NCBI GenBank assembly: GCA_002478945.1
Contig: DLKM01000020.1
Coordinates: 16,335-80,334 of the forward strand
Direction of reading: 5' to 3'
Length of the DNA: 64,000 bases
DNA from: Christensenella sp. UBA7588
GTDB taxonomy: Bacteria; Bacillota; Clostridia; Christensenellales; CAG-917
Part shown: positions 10,111 through 19,063 of the stretch, in pieces
How positions within the stretch are numbered: position 1 is the first letter of the stretch
Layout of the letters: each line of letters opens with the position of its first letter
Made by a program: the position numbers and the translations under genes
Notes under the pieces: generated by a model
Seen by the model: only the letters and a program-made list of their open reading frames with translations
Database searches by the model: none
Told to the model about the DNA's origin: nothing

Positions 10111-10824
10111 TTATTTATTTTCTGCGAGCGCGCGGATTTTCGCAACGTTTTTGTTCATAAGTTTTCTTCCCAAACGTTCGTAAGCATATTTTTTCAAACC
10201 TTTGATGGATTGCGAATGCTCTTTGAGAAGCGCGTCGGGATTGTCGTAAACGCCGAAATCCTGCGTTATGCCTTCGCTTTGAATATAAGTATCGCAACAA
10301 TCGAAATACACCGTCGGATTTGCGAAATTTTTGACAGCCACGCCGTAACCTATGAACGAACCGTCGGCGTTTGGCAAAAACTTCTTATGCAGTCCGTCAA
10401 GATAGGCTTTGTCGAGTATAAAACCCTCGAGATTGTACCACTTATCTTCGCATTCAACTTCCACCCAACTGTGGAAAATATCTTTGGGTGCTTTGTCGTA
10501 AACGAATCCCGTCATCGCGCCTTTTTGCAGAATCTTATCTATGGTAAAGCCGTGTACTCTGCACTCTATACCGAGAGCGCGCAAAAGTGCCATAAAAAGC
10601 GTGCCTTTTGTGTTGCATTGTCCGTAACCGTCTTTGAGAACCTCAGAAGCAGACACGTTGTCGGATACGTTGTAACCGAATAAAATCTCGTCTTTTACGA
10701 AATTGTATGCAGACGCGATTTTTTGTTTTTCGTCAAGATATTTCCACCCTCTTTGAGATATGAGGTTTTGAATCGACGAAGCGGAAAAATCCAACATTGC
10801 GGTTTCGTTCAGATAATCGTGCAT
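10111..10824 (-). CDS. transglutaminase-like (papain-fold) domain protein
   Basis: GYGQCNTKGTLFMALLRALGIECR (Cys) followed by HSWVEV (His), the typical transglutaminase-core arrangement. GGAGG RBS. Confidence 0.7.
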   Translation of the reverse strand: MHDYLNETAMLDFSASSIQNLISQRGWKYLDEKQKIASAYNFVKDEILFGYNVSDNVSASEVLKDGYGQCNTKGTLFMALLRALGIECRVHGFTIDKILQKGAMTGFVYDKAPKDIFHSWVEVECEDKWYNLEGFILDKAYLDGLHKKFLPNADGSFIGYGVAVKNFANPTVYFDCCDTYIQSEGITQDFGVYDNPDALLKEHSQSIKGLKKYAYERLGRKLMNKNVAKIRALAENK

Positions 10825-10975
10825 AGCGTGCCTCCGTGCGGTTTGAGTCGTGTTTCAACCGTATTTTACGATGAGCAAGCGGATATGTCAACGAATATGA
10901 AATTTTTTTCATATTTCTGTTTTCGTATCCGTTGCAAAATTCGTAAAAATATGTCGAAAAAATATATCAATATCG

Positions 10976-11004
10976 TTGACTTTAACGTGGCAAACATATA
11001 TAAT
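10976..11004 (+). promoter_or_regulatory. near-consensus sigma-70/SigA promoter
   Basis: TTGACT (10976-10981), 17-nt spacer, TATAAT (10999-11004), about 155 nt upstream of the XRE/cupin regulator gene. Confidence 0.7.
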
Positions 11005-11020
11005 CGATTTTGATAAATTT

Positions 11021-11117
11021 GTTTAGTTTTGCTAAACTTTTTGTTAAAAATTGCGAAACACGCTAAACGAATCGTAATTTTTGCCTAAACTAAGGCAAAA
11101 GTTTAGTCAGTCTAAAC
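11021..11117 (+). promoter_or_regulatory. operator-like array of GTTTAG/CTAAAC inverted repeats
   Basis: GTTTAG-N5-CTAAAC at 11021-11037 and again at 11101-11117. Extra CTAAAC half-sites at 11063-11068 and 11085-11090. All lie between the promoter and the regulator ATG. Confidence 0.55.
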
Positions 11118-11159
11118 GTAGCGCACTTTGCGTGTATCGTTAAAAGACAAGAGGCAAAT

Positions 11160-11693
11160 ATGGAACTTGGTATCAAAATCAAACGTCTGAGATTGCAAAA
11201 CAATCTTACTCAAGAAGAACTTGCCGACCGTTGCGAATTGACAAAAGGATATATTTCACAGCTTGAAAACGAGCTGACCTCCCCGTCAATTACGACGCTC
11301 GAAGACATTCTCAACGCTTTGGGAACAAATTTTGCGGATTTCTTCAAAGACGAAAAAGAAGAAAAAGTCGTTTTTACCGAAGCTGAGTTTATCGAAAAAG
11401 AAACCGACGACCACAAAATCGAGTGGCTTGTCCCCAACGCGCAGAAAAACGAAATGGAGCCTATAAGAGTGACCATTGCGCCGCATACCGCGCTCGAGGA
11501 GGACGTCCCCCACGAGGGAGAGGAATTCGGATACGTTCTTTCGGGCAGAATTTGGCTGCATCTCGGTCAAGCCGCATACAGCGTGAAAAAAGGCGAAGTC
11601 TTTTACTTCTCCGCAGACAAGGTGCATAGGCTCGAAAACAGAACCAACGAAAAAGCCGTCGTGCTTTGGGTTGCATCTCCTCCCACATTTTAA
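11160..11693 (+). CDS. XRE-family HTH plus cupin transcriptional regulator (PuuR-like)
   Basis: N-terminal LRLQNNLTQEELADRCELTKGYISQLE HTH_3 and a C-terminal cupin (GEEFGYVLSGRIWLHL...VHRLEN). Immediately upstream of potABCD. Confidence 0.8.
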   Translation: MELGIKIKRLRLQNNLTQEELADRCELTKGYISQLENELTSPSITTLEDILNALGTNFADFFKDEKEEKVVFTEAEFIEKETDDHKIEWLVPNAQKNEMEPIRVTIAPHTALEEDVPHEGEEFGYVLSGRIWLHLGQAAYSVKKGEVFYFSADKVHRLENRTNEKAVVLWVASPPTF

Positions 11694-11821
11694 TCAATTA
11701 ATAACTAACAAATTGGGAATATTCCATAACAACCTTTATTCCTAAGCAACTACCAAACTAAACACACACAATGCAAAGCGCGCGCGCTTTGCATACAAGT
11801 TATCATCCCTGCGAGGTTAAT

Positions 11822-13468
11822 ATGACAAACAAAACACCTGTCGACAACATTATCGAATTGCGCAACGTCTACAAAGAATACGACGGAAAGCAAGTTGTGA
11901 AAAACGCAAGTCTCACTATAAAAAGAGGCGAATTCGTTACGCTTTTAGGACCTTCCGGTTGCGGAAAAACCACCACTTTGCGTATGATTGCCGGTTTTGA
12001 AATGCCCACGAGCGGAAAAATCATTTTCAACGGCAAGGACATCACGGACACGCCTCCGCATCTTCGTCCCCTCAACACGGTGTTTCAACGCTACGCTTTG
12101 TTCCCGCATCTCAACGTATTCAACAATATTGCGTTCGGATTGAAACTCAAAGTCATTCCCAACGGCACCAAAACCAACAAAAAAGGCGAAACGGTGCAAC
12201 TTTTCAGAAAATACACCAAAGCAGAGATAAAAACGAAAGTCAACGACGCGCTTAAAATGGTCGACCTCGAAGATTACGGACACAGAAACGTATCTTCGCT
12301 CAGCGGCGGACAACAACAACGCGTCGCAATCGCTCGCGCGCTTGTCAACGAACCCGAAGTGTTGCTCCTCGACGAGCCTTTGGGCGCGCTCGACCTCAAA
12401 ATGAGAAAAGATATGCAGCTCGAGCTTATGGATATGCACAAACGCCTCGGCATTACGTTTATTTACGTCACGCACGACCAAGAAGAAGCACTTACGATGT
12501 CCGACAAAATCGTGGTTATGCGCCTTGGCGAAATTCAGCAAATTGCGTCTCCCGAAAAGGTATACGACGAGCCTGCAAACGCTTTCGTTGCCGACTTTAT
12601 CGGAGAAAGCACCATTCTTTCGGGCGTTATGCTCGAGGACTATAAAGTCGAGTTCTGCGACACGGTGTTCGAATGCGTGGATAAAGGCTTCAAGCACAAC
12701 GAGCCTATCGACGTTATCATCCGCCCCGAGGACGTAAAAATCAAAAAGGTCGACGACAAAAAGACTATCCTTACCGCCGAAGTGCTTTCATCGGTATTCA
12801 AGGGCGACCACTATCAGATTACCCTCCTCGCAAACGGAAACGAGATAGTCGCGCACGACACCGATACATACGACATCGGCGAAACGGTTGGAATCTATAT
12901 CAAGCCGTTTGATTTGCATATTATGCACAAAACTCGCATCATCAACGAAATCGACACGTTCATTACGGGCGAAAACCTCGTGGAAATCTGCGGTACCGAC
13001 TTTGAATTCAAGTCCGACATTCCGCAAGAGGAATTGCCTATCGACACGCCTGTCAAGGTCTCCGTCGACTTCGACGACGTGGAAATCCTCGACGACGAGG
13101 AGGACGGACAAATCGGCGCAACCGTGCTTTCGTCCATATATAAAGGCAGCTATTATCAAGCGATTCTTTCTACTGACGACCACTACATCTTCTTTGCCGA
13201 TACGGACGACGATTGGCTGAAAGGAGACAGAGTCGGCATCAGAATCGCACCCGAAAAGATTATCATCGAAAAACGTAATCAGGACGAAACCGTCCAAGAA
13301 AAAGTGGTCAAGGACGAAACTCTGACCGCCGAAGAACAAGCCGCAATCGAAGAAGCACGCACGCAGGAAGTCGAAAAATTCGACGCCGTGGAAGAAATTA
13401 TTACCGAAGCGGAAGAAAAAGACTTGCAAAACGACTCCGACAATGTCAAGGAGGATGACGCAGAGTGA
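11822..13468 (+). CDS. potA: spermidine/putrescine ABC transporter ATPase with duplicated C-terminal TOBE-like domain and acidic tail
   Basis: Walker A GPSGCGKTT, signature LSGGQQQR, Walker B LLLDEP. ATG at 11822 with a GAGG RBS (the track starts at 11771). 548 aa, against a typical length of about 350-380. Confidence 0.85.
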   Translation: MTNKTPVDNIIELRNVYKEYDGKQVVKNASLTIKRGEFVTLLGPSGCGKTTTLRMIAGFEMPTSGKIIFNGKDITDTPPHLRPLNTVFQRYALFPHLNVFNNIAFGLKLKVIPNGTKTNKKGETVQLFRKYTKAEIKTKVNDALKMVDLEDYGHRNVSSLSGGQQQRVAIARALVNEPEVLLLDEPLGALDLKMRKDMQLELMDMHKRLGITFIYVTHDQEEALTMSDKIVVMRLGEIQQIASPEKVYDEPANAFVADFIGESTILSGVMLEDYKVEFCDTVFECVDKGFKHNEPIDVIIRPEDVKIKKVDDKKTILTAEVLSSVFKGDHYQITLLANGNEIVAHDTDTYDIGETVGIYIKPFDLHIMHKTRIINEIDTFITGENLVEICGTDFEFKSDIPQEELPIDTPVKVSVDFDDVEILDDEEDGQIGATVLSSIYKGSYYQAILSTDDHYIFFADTDDDWLKGDRVGIRIAPEKIIIEKRNQDETVQEKVVKDETLTAEEQAAIEEARTQEVEKFDAVEEIITEAEEKDLQNDSDNVKEDDAE

Positions 13469-14265
13469 AAAAAATCGTTCGCAAAAAATTCAGATTGACG
13501 AAAAAGGCTTTCAGCGTTCCGTATATCCTTTTTCTCCTTCTGTTTGTCGTCGTTCCTCTCGTGCTTATTTTGGTAAACGCGTTTTTGGACTCCGACAACA
13601 ACCTCACGCTTGACAACTTCAAGGTGTTCTTCTCCTCGAAGTCAAGCCTCGTGGTTTTGGGCAATTCGTTGCTTGTGGGCGTGATAACGACCGCATTGTG
13701 CCTGATTATCGGCTATCCCGTCTCTTACATACTCTCAAAGTACTCGAGCGGCAGGATTCTCGTTTTGCTGTACGTCATTCCTATGGGCGTCAACTTCCTC
13801 ATCCGCACTCTCGCGACGAAAGCGATTTTCATTGCTTTGGGCGTTGAACTCGGTATGGGTACGGTTATATTCGGTATGGTATACAACTATCTGCCGTTTA
13901 TGATTCTTCCTCTGCACACCACGCTTGCAGGCATCGACAAAAGCTATATCGAAGCGGCGCAAGACCTCGGAGCGGACAAGATGACGGTTTTCCTCAAAAC
14001 CACGCTCCCGCTCTCGCTCAGCGGTATTTGCAGCGGAATCACGATGGTATTTATCCCCACCATTTCGACGTACGCAATATCCCAGTTGCTTTCAAACGGA
14101 AAGATTTTCTTGTTCGGCGACTCCATTCAGTTGAGCTTCGAGCAAGGTATGTACGGCGTAGGTTCGATTATGAGTATCGTTATGCTTATATTCGTGCTTT
14201 TGTCCAACTTCGTAATGAACAAATTCAATCGCAACAGCAACGCTGTGAGGAGGTCGTTATGGTAA
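13465..14265 (+). CDS. potB: polyamine ABC transporter permease
   Basis: GTG start overlaps the potA stop (GTGA), with an AAGGAGGA RBS. EAAQDLGADKMTVFLKTTLP is the EAA loop of ABC permeases. Confidence 0.85.
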   Translation: MKKIVRKKFRLTKKAFSVPYILFLLLFVVVPLVLILVNAFLDSDNNLTLDNFKVFFSSKSSLVVLGNSLLVGVITTALCLIIGYPVSYILSKYSSGRILVLLYVIPMGVNFLIRTLATKAIFIALGVELGMGTVIFGMVYNYLPFMILPLHTTLAGIDKSYIEAAQDLGADKMTVFLKTTLPLSLSGICSGITMVFIPTISTYAISQLLSNGKIFLFGDSIQLSFEQGMYGVGSIMSIVMLIFVLLSNFVMNKFNRNSNAVRRSLW

Positions 14266-15086
14266 AAGACAAAATCAGAGGCTTCTTTGAAAAGTTTTAT
14301 CTTTTAATCGTGCTTGCCATACTCTATGCGCCAATCGTGCTGTTGATAATCTACTCGTTTTCCAACAGTTCCAACTTCAACTTCGACAACGGATTCAGTT
14401 TCGAGGCATACGCTTCGATTTTCACGTCCGACAAGTCCCCCGAACTTTGGAAATCCGTTGCAAACACGTTTATCATAGCAAGCATCTCCTCCGTCGTCGC
14501 GACGATTATGGGTACTTTTGCTTCGATAGGAATATTCAACCTCGGCAAGCGTATGCGCAGAGTCGTGGAAAACGTCAACCAATTTCCCATCATCAACAGC
14601 GAAATCGTTATGGCTGTTTCAATGATGGTATTCTTCGTGACGTTCGCATTCCCCGAAGGTTATCTGCGCCTCATTATCGCGCACATAGCGTTCTGCACTC
14701 CGTACGTCGTACTCAGCGTTCTTCCCAAGCTCGAATCTATGGACCCCAACGTTTACGAAGCTGCGCTCGACCTCGGCGCAAATCCTTTCAAAGCGATGAC
14801 CAAGGTGCTTATCCCCATAATCACTCCCGGCATCGTGAGCGGATTCGTAATGGCGTTCGTAATGTCTATGGACGACTTTATCATCACTCAGATAAACAAA
14901 GGCGCGGCAACGGGCATCAACACCCTGTCGACGTTTATCTATTCCGACGCGCGCGTTCAAGGTCTCGAACCGTTCTGGTATGCGATATTCTCGATTATAT
15001 TCGTAATCGTACTTGCGGCGGTGCTTTCGGTAAATCTCGTGAAAATCTCGCGTGAAAAGAAAAAGGACAAGGAGGCGGCACAATGA
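14259..15086 (+). CDS. potC: polyamine ABC transporter permease
   Basis: The real start is the ATG at 14259 (MVKDKIRGFFEK), overlapping the potB end. EAALDLGANPFKAMTKVLIP EAA loop. The track ORF start at 14028 lies inside potB. Confidence 0.85.
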   Translation: MVKDKIRGFFEKFYLLIVLAILYAPIVLLIIYSFSNSSNFNFDNGFSFEAYASIFTSDKSPELWKSVANTFIIASISSVVATIMGTFASIGIFNLGKRMRRVVENVNQFPIINSEIVMAVSMMVFFVTFAFPEGYLRLIIAHIAFCTPYVVLSVLPKLESMDPNVYEAALDLGANPFKAMTKVLIPIITPGIVSGFVMAFVMSMDDFIITQINKGAATGINTLSTFIYSDARVQGLEPFWYAIFSIIFVIVLAAVLSVNLVKISREKKKDKEAAQ

Positions 15087-16567
15087 AACGTATCGTAAAA
15101 CTGATTCTGACGTTAGTCATTTTCTCCTGCGTGCTTTTGCCTACTCTCGTTGCCTGCGATAAGGAATCGTCAGGCGGCACGTCGAGCGGAGACCGTCTCG
15201 TGATTTACAACTGGGAGGACTATATCGACAGCGAGAGAAACGACGGCAAAACGCTTCTCGACGAATTTGCCGATTATTACAAGGACAAAACGGGTCGTTC
15301 GCTCGAAATCGTTTACACCACTTTCGATACCAACGAAACGATGATGACCAAAGTCCTCAAAGGCGACGCAAACGTGGATTTGATATGCCCGAGCGAGTAC
15401 GCGATTCAAAAACTTATGGTTGCGGGTTGTTTGCTCAATCACAAAGACATAAAAGCAGAAATTCAAGCCGATTTGACCAAATACGATATTTCACTTGACG
15501 CAATGAGCAGTTTAAGCGAAGAATCTGGCAAATGGGGCAATATAGACCCCGATATTATGAACGCGATTTCCGACAACTTCAGCCAAGTGCAGACAAAGAG
15601 CGGAAAGGTTTGCGATATGACCGAATATATGGTGCCGTATATGTGCGGTACGCTCGGAATTCTGTACAACACTTCCGTCGTAACGAGAGAAGAACTCGAA
15701 GAATACGGCTGGGGCGTGCTTTGGAACGTGCAACAAAACGAGCGTCTCGAAAATAAGATACTTATGAAGGACAGCGTGCGCGACACATACGCCGCCGCAA
15801 TCTTCTATATGTACGAATACGACACCAAACACGGCACGAATTTCTTGCCCGAAAAATACAAGAACTACACCGTTCAACAACTCATCGACTGCACGGACGA
15901 CGAAATGGTTGCGGCGGCAGAAAAAGTGCTTACCGCTCAAAGAGAACACATCTCGGGTTATGAAGTCGACTTCGGCAAAGACGATATGATAAACGAAATC
16001 GTTTACGCCGACTTCGCTTGGAGCGGAGACGCGCTTTGGGCAATCGAAGAAGGCGGACAGAACGATGACGGCGAGGATATGCTCGCCTATTACGTTCCCC
16101 CGATTGCAAGCAACATCTGGTACGACGGTTGGTGCATTCCAACGAGCGTAAACAACAAACTTGCCGCAATGATGTTTATAGACTATATGTGCAGTCCTAT
16201 GAGTTCTATTCGCAACTCCGTGGCAATCGGCTACACTTCAGCGGCGGACAAAAATTTGCTTAAAGCGGACCAAGACGTTCTTCAGTACCTCATCGACTGC
16301 GAGTATATCGATGATTTTGACGACGAAAGTTACTTCGAGAACGAAGGACGTTATCCCGTTATCGACGAATCGCTCGGCGTTATGAAAGACTTCGGCGACC
16401 GTAACGACGTGGTCGTCAATATGTGGCAAAGAGCAAAATCCGGCGCAACGGTAGACGTCAACCTCTGGTACGTCATACTTGCGATAGTCGGAGCAATCGG
16501 ACTCTGCCTCGGCGTGTACTTTACCGTGCAGGCACTCAAACGCAGACCGAGAAAACTCAAACAATAA
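15083..16567 (+). CDS. potD: polyamine-binding lipoprotein (PotD-like) with extra C-terminal TM helix
   Basis: ATGA overlap with potC. Lipobox LLPTLVAC and the LVIYNWEDYI motif of PotD/PotF SBPs. The C-terminus WYVILAIVGAIGLCLGVYFTV + KRRPRKLKQ is a predicted membrane anchor. Confidence 0.8.
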   Translation: MKRIVKLILTLVIFSCVLLPTLVACDKESSGGTSSGDRLVIYNWEDYIDSERNDGKTLLDEFADYYKDKTGRSLEIVYTTFDTNETMMTKVLKGDANVDLICPSEYAIQKLMVAGCLLNHKDIKAEIQADLTKYDISLDAMSSLSEESGKWGNIDPDIMNAISDNFSQVQTKSGKVCDMTEYMVPYMCGTLGILYNTSVVTREELEEYGWGVLWNVQQNERLENKILMKDSVRDTYAAAIFYMYEYDTKHGTNFLPEKYKNYTVQQLIDCTDDEMVAAAEKVLTAQREHISGYEVDFGKDDMINEIVYADFAWSGDALWAIEEGGQNDDGEDMLAYYVPPIASNIWYDGWCIPTSVNNKLAAMMFIDYMCSPMSSIRNSVAIGYTSAADKNLLKADQDVLQYLIDCEYIDDFDDESYFENEGRYPVIDESLGVMKDFGDRNDVVVNMWQRAKSGATVDVNLWYVILAIVGAIGLCLGVYFTVQALKRRPRKLKQ

Positions 16568-16595
16568 GCAAAACCGAAATAGAAAGGCGATAATT

Positions 16596-17777
16596 ATGAA
16601 ATTCGTACGAAAACTCTTTGTAAAAGACTATCAGGATACGAAAAATCCGAAAGTGCGCTTCCGCTACGGCTTGTCCGCGGGTATTTTCGGCATTATAACC
16701 AACGCCTTGCTATTCGCTTTCAAACTTGCCGTCGGACTTATCGGAAACAGTATAACGATTATCGCGGACGCAATCAACAACCTGTCGGACGCAGGCAGCA
16801 GCGTCGTTACGCTCGTCGGTTTCAAACTTTCGAGCGCACCGCCCGACAAGGACCACCCGTTCGGACACGCAAGGTACGAATATATCACTTCACTTCTCGT
16901 GTCCGTCGTCGTACTGCTTATCGGCGTGTTGCTTTTCAAATCTTCAATCGAAAAATGCATTACGCCCGAACAAGTTACCGTCAACGTCTACACATACGTC
17001 GTTTTGAGCGTCGCAATCGTACTGAAACTGGTGCAAATGCTCATATATCTCGATTTTGCGAAAGCAATCAACAGCGGCGCGCTCAAAGCGTCTGCGGCAG
17101 ACAGTCGCAACGACGTGTTGACCACCCTTGCCGTTTTGATTTCCACAATCGTCATCGACGTTGCGGGAGACAAAATCAGCCCGAAAGTAAGCGTGGACGG
17201 AATTATGGGTATCGCGGTTTCGGTGTTCATAATCGTGTCGAGCATTTTGTTGCTCAAAGAGTCGATGTCCCCCATTCTCGGCGAAAAACCGCCGAAAGAA
17301 CTTGTGGATAAACTCACGGCAAAGATTTTGTCCTACGACGGCGTTATCGGAGTTCACGACCTCGTCGTGCATAGTTACGGAGAAAATCATTGCTTCGTCG
17401 TTGCGCACGTCGAAGTGCCTGCCAACGTGGAAATAACCAAGAGTCACGACATCATCGACAACATCGAACACGACTTTTGGAATGAGATGCACATACGCCT
17501 CAATATCCATATGGACCCCGTCGATACGGAAAACGCAGACCTTGCCATATTGAAAATCCGTGCGGAAAAGGCTCTCGCCTCTCTTGACGAAAATCTGTCC
17601 TTGCACGATTTCAGACTGGTCAGCGGAGAAACGCACACCAACGTTCTTTTTGACGTTGTTATCCCCTTCGATTGCAAAATCACGCTTTCGGACGTGAAAG
17701 CCGCAATGGAAAAAGAATTTGAAAACGACGACACAAAGTATTTCTTTATAATCGACGTTGACAGAAAGATGTCCTAA
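16596..17777 (+). CDS. cation diffusion facilitator (CDF) family transporter
   Basis: IADAINNLSDAGSS and DHPFGHARYE motifs, 5-6 TM helices and a C-terminal cytoplasmic domain. Confidence 0.85.
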   Translation: MKFVRKLFVKDYQDTKNPKVRFRYGLSAGIFGIITNALLFAFKLAVGLIGNSITIIADAINNLSDAGSSVVTLVGFKLSSAPPDKDHPFGHARYEYITSLLVSVVVLLIGVLLFKSSIEKCITPEQVTVNVYTYVVLSVAIVLKLVQMLIYLDFAKAINSGALKASAADSRNDVLTTLAVLISTIVIDVAGDKISPKVSVDGIMGIAVSVFIIVSSILLLKESMSPILGEKPPKELVDKLTAKILSYDGVIGVHDLVVHSYGENHCFVVAHVEVPANVEITKSHDIIDNIEHDFWNEMHIRLNIHMDPVDTENADLAILKIRAEKALASLDENLSLHDFRLVSGETHTNVLFDVVIPFDCKITLSDVKAAMEKEFENDDTKYFFIIDVDRKMS

Positions 17778-17838
17778 AGGTTGCTCTTTTTCGCTTTCGG
17801 TGCTATTATACAAAAGCAATAACTCAAAGAGGTAAAAT

Positions 17839-18132
17839 ATGATTACGAGTTCACAACGCGCGCGCCTTCGCAGTATGGCGCAACAAATAAATCCAATCTT
17901 CCAAATCGGCAAAAACGGAATCGGAGACAATCAGATTCTCGACATATCCCTTGCGCTCGATTTGCACGAGCTTGTCAAAATATCCGTTCTCCGCAATGCG
18001 GAAACAGACGCAAAAACCGTTTTGAACGCAATTTGCGGACTGACGGGTGCGGAACCCGTAACCGCAATCGGCAATAAAGTGGTCATTTACAGACGTTCTC
18101 CGCGCGACGACATAGAACATATCGAGATTTAA
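17839..18132 (+). CDS. yhbY: YhbY-like CRM-domain RNA-binding (ribosome assembly) protein
   Basis: 97 aa. LTSSQRARLRSMAQ...PIFQIGKNGI...HELVKISVL matches the YhbY/CRS1 pattern. Confidence 0.8.
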   Translation: MITSSQRARLRSMAQQINPIFQIGKNGIGDNQILDISLALDLHELVKISVLRNAETDAKTVLNAICGLTGAEPVTAIGNKVVIYRRSPRDDIEHIEI

Positions 18133-18133
18133 T

Positions 18134-18316
18134 ATGGATTACGAAAAAGCAAAGCTCACGCCTATCAACGAAGTCGAGGACGACTCCCCCTCCTCCGAAG
18201 CGAAAAAAGCCGCGAGAGAGGAATTGAAACGTCATCGCAACGAAACTCAACGCTACAAACAAAAGTATTTCGAATTTTACGACGACGTAAAAATCAACCA
18301 CCGAGAAGATTGGTAA
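18134..18316 (+). CDS. small charged hypothetical protein
   Basis: 60-aa ORF starting 1 nt after the yhbY stop and followed by a terminator. No recognisable domain. Confidence 0.4.
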   Translation: MDYEKAKLTPINEVEDDSPSSEAKKAAREELKRHRNETQRYKQKYFEFYDDVKINHREDW

Positions 18317-18326
18317 AAACGGTATG

Positions 18327-18354
18327 AAAAAAGCACTCGAAAGAGTGCTTTTTG
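18327..18354. terminator. bidirectional rho-independent terminator
   Basis: AAAAAAGCACTC-gaaa-GAGTGCTTTTT between convergent genes. Confidence 0.8.
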
Positions 18355-18365
18355 TTTTGTGTTTT

Positions 18366-18923
18366 TCAAATATTCGCTTCCGCTACGGTTTTGTCGCCCT
18401 CGAGAGTTTTGATTGTGACGCCGTGTTCTTCGAGTATCGCATACGAACGGTCGACGCCCTCGGGAGAAAGCCCGATTGCGCCTACGCAAACGTAAATCAC
18501 ACCGTCTTTTTGCAATATCGACGGTCTGTGAAAATGTCCGTAAAACACGATGTCTCCCTCTTTTGCGTCAACGGGCGGCAAGTCGGGGTTGCATTTATGT
18601 CCGTGCGTAAAATACACCTTGCGACCGTACCACTCGATGCTGAAATCTCCGCCAATCGGAAAATCGCTTATCATTTGGTCTACTTCGCTGTCGCAGTTGC
18701 CCTTTATAACGGTTATAAACGACTTGGAAGCGTTGAGAAATTCCGCAACTTTCATCGGCGCGTATCCCTCGGGAAACGGATTGCGCGGACCGTGATTGTA
18801 AATATCTCCGAGCAACACGACTTTCGCATCGGAATGCTCTGCTCTGTAATCGTTGACTATATGCAAAAATCTTTCTATGTTCGCGCTTGAACCGTGAATA
18901 TCAGAACCTATAAATATACGCAT
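18366..18923 (-). CDS. YfcE/MJ0936-type metallophosphoesterase
   Basis: MRIFIGSDIHGS, LLGDIYNHGPRN, GNCD and THGH motifs of the calcineurin-like phosphodiesterase family. Confidence 0.8.
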   Translation of the reverse strand: MRIFIGSDIHGSSANIERFLHIVNDYRAEHSDAKVVLLGDIYNHGPRNPFPEGYAPMKVAEFLNASKSFITVIKGNCDSEVDQMISDFPIGGDFSIEWYGRKVYFTHGHKCNPDLPPVDAKEGDIVFYGHFHRPSILQKDGVIYVCVGAIGLSPEGVDRSYAILEEHGVTIKTLEGDKTVAEANI

Positions 18924-19009
18924 CGTTTGCCTCCTTAAGGTCTATAAGGAGTATATCACAGTCTCGGCGCATAAGTCAAAAGTTATATCGTTTTTTTGCG
19001 TATTAGCTA

Positions 19010-19038
19010 TTGTCGTGCGTTACTAATTGTGTTATACT
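19010..19038 (+). promoter_or_regulatory. candidate extended -10 promoter for the GH2 gene
   Basis: TTGTCG (19010-19015), 17 nt, TGtTATACT (19030-19038), followed by a GGAGG RBS at 19055-19059. Confidence 0.5.
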
Positions 19039-19063
19039 GTTATATATCTTTTTGGAGGAAAAT

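Noticed and set aside
14028-14258. Upstream extensions of track ORFs: potC from 14028, potA from 11771, GH2 from 19010, thyA from 20848, PcfJ-like from 35421, the 36751 ORF, kinase from 48796, giant lipoprotein from 59303
   Set aside because: The extensions overlap the preceding gene or lack an RBS, and several begin at non-ATG codons. Internal ATGs have proper SD spacing and give canonical N-termini or signal peptides.
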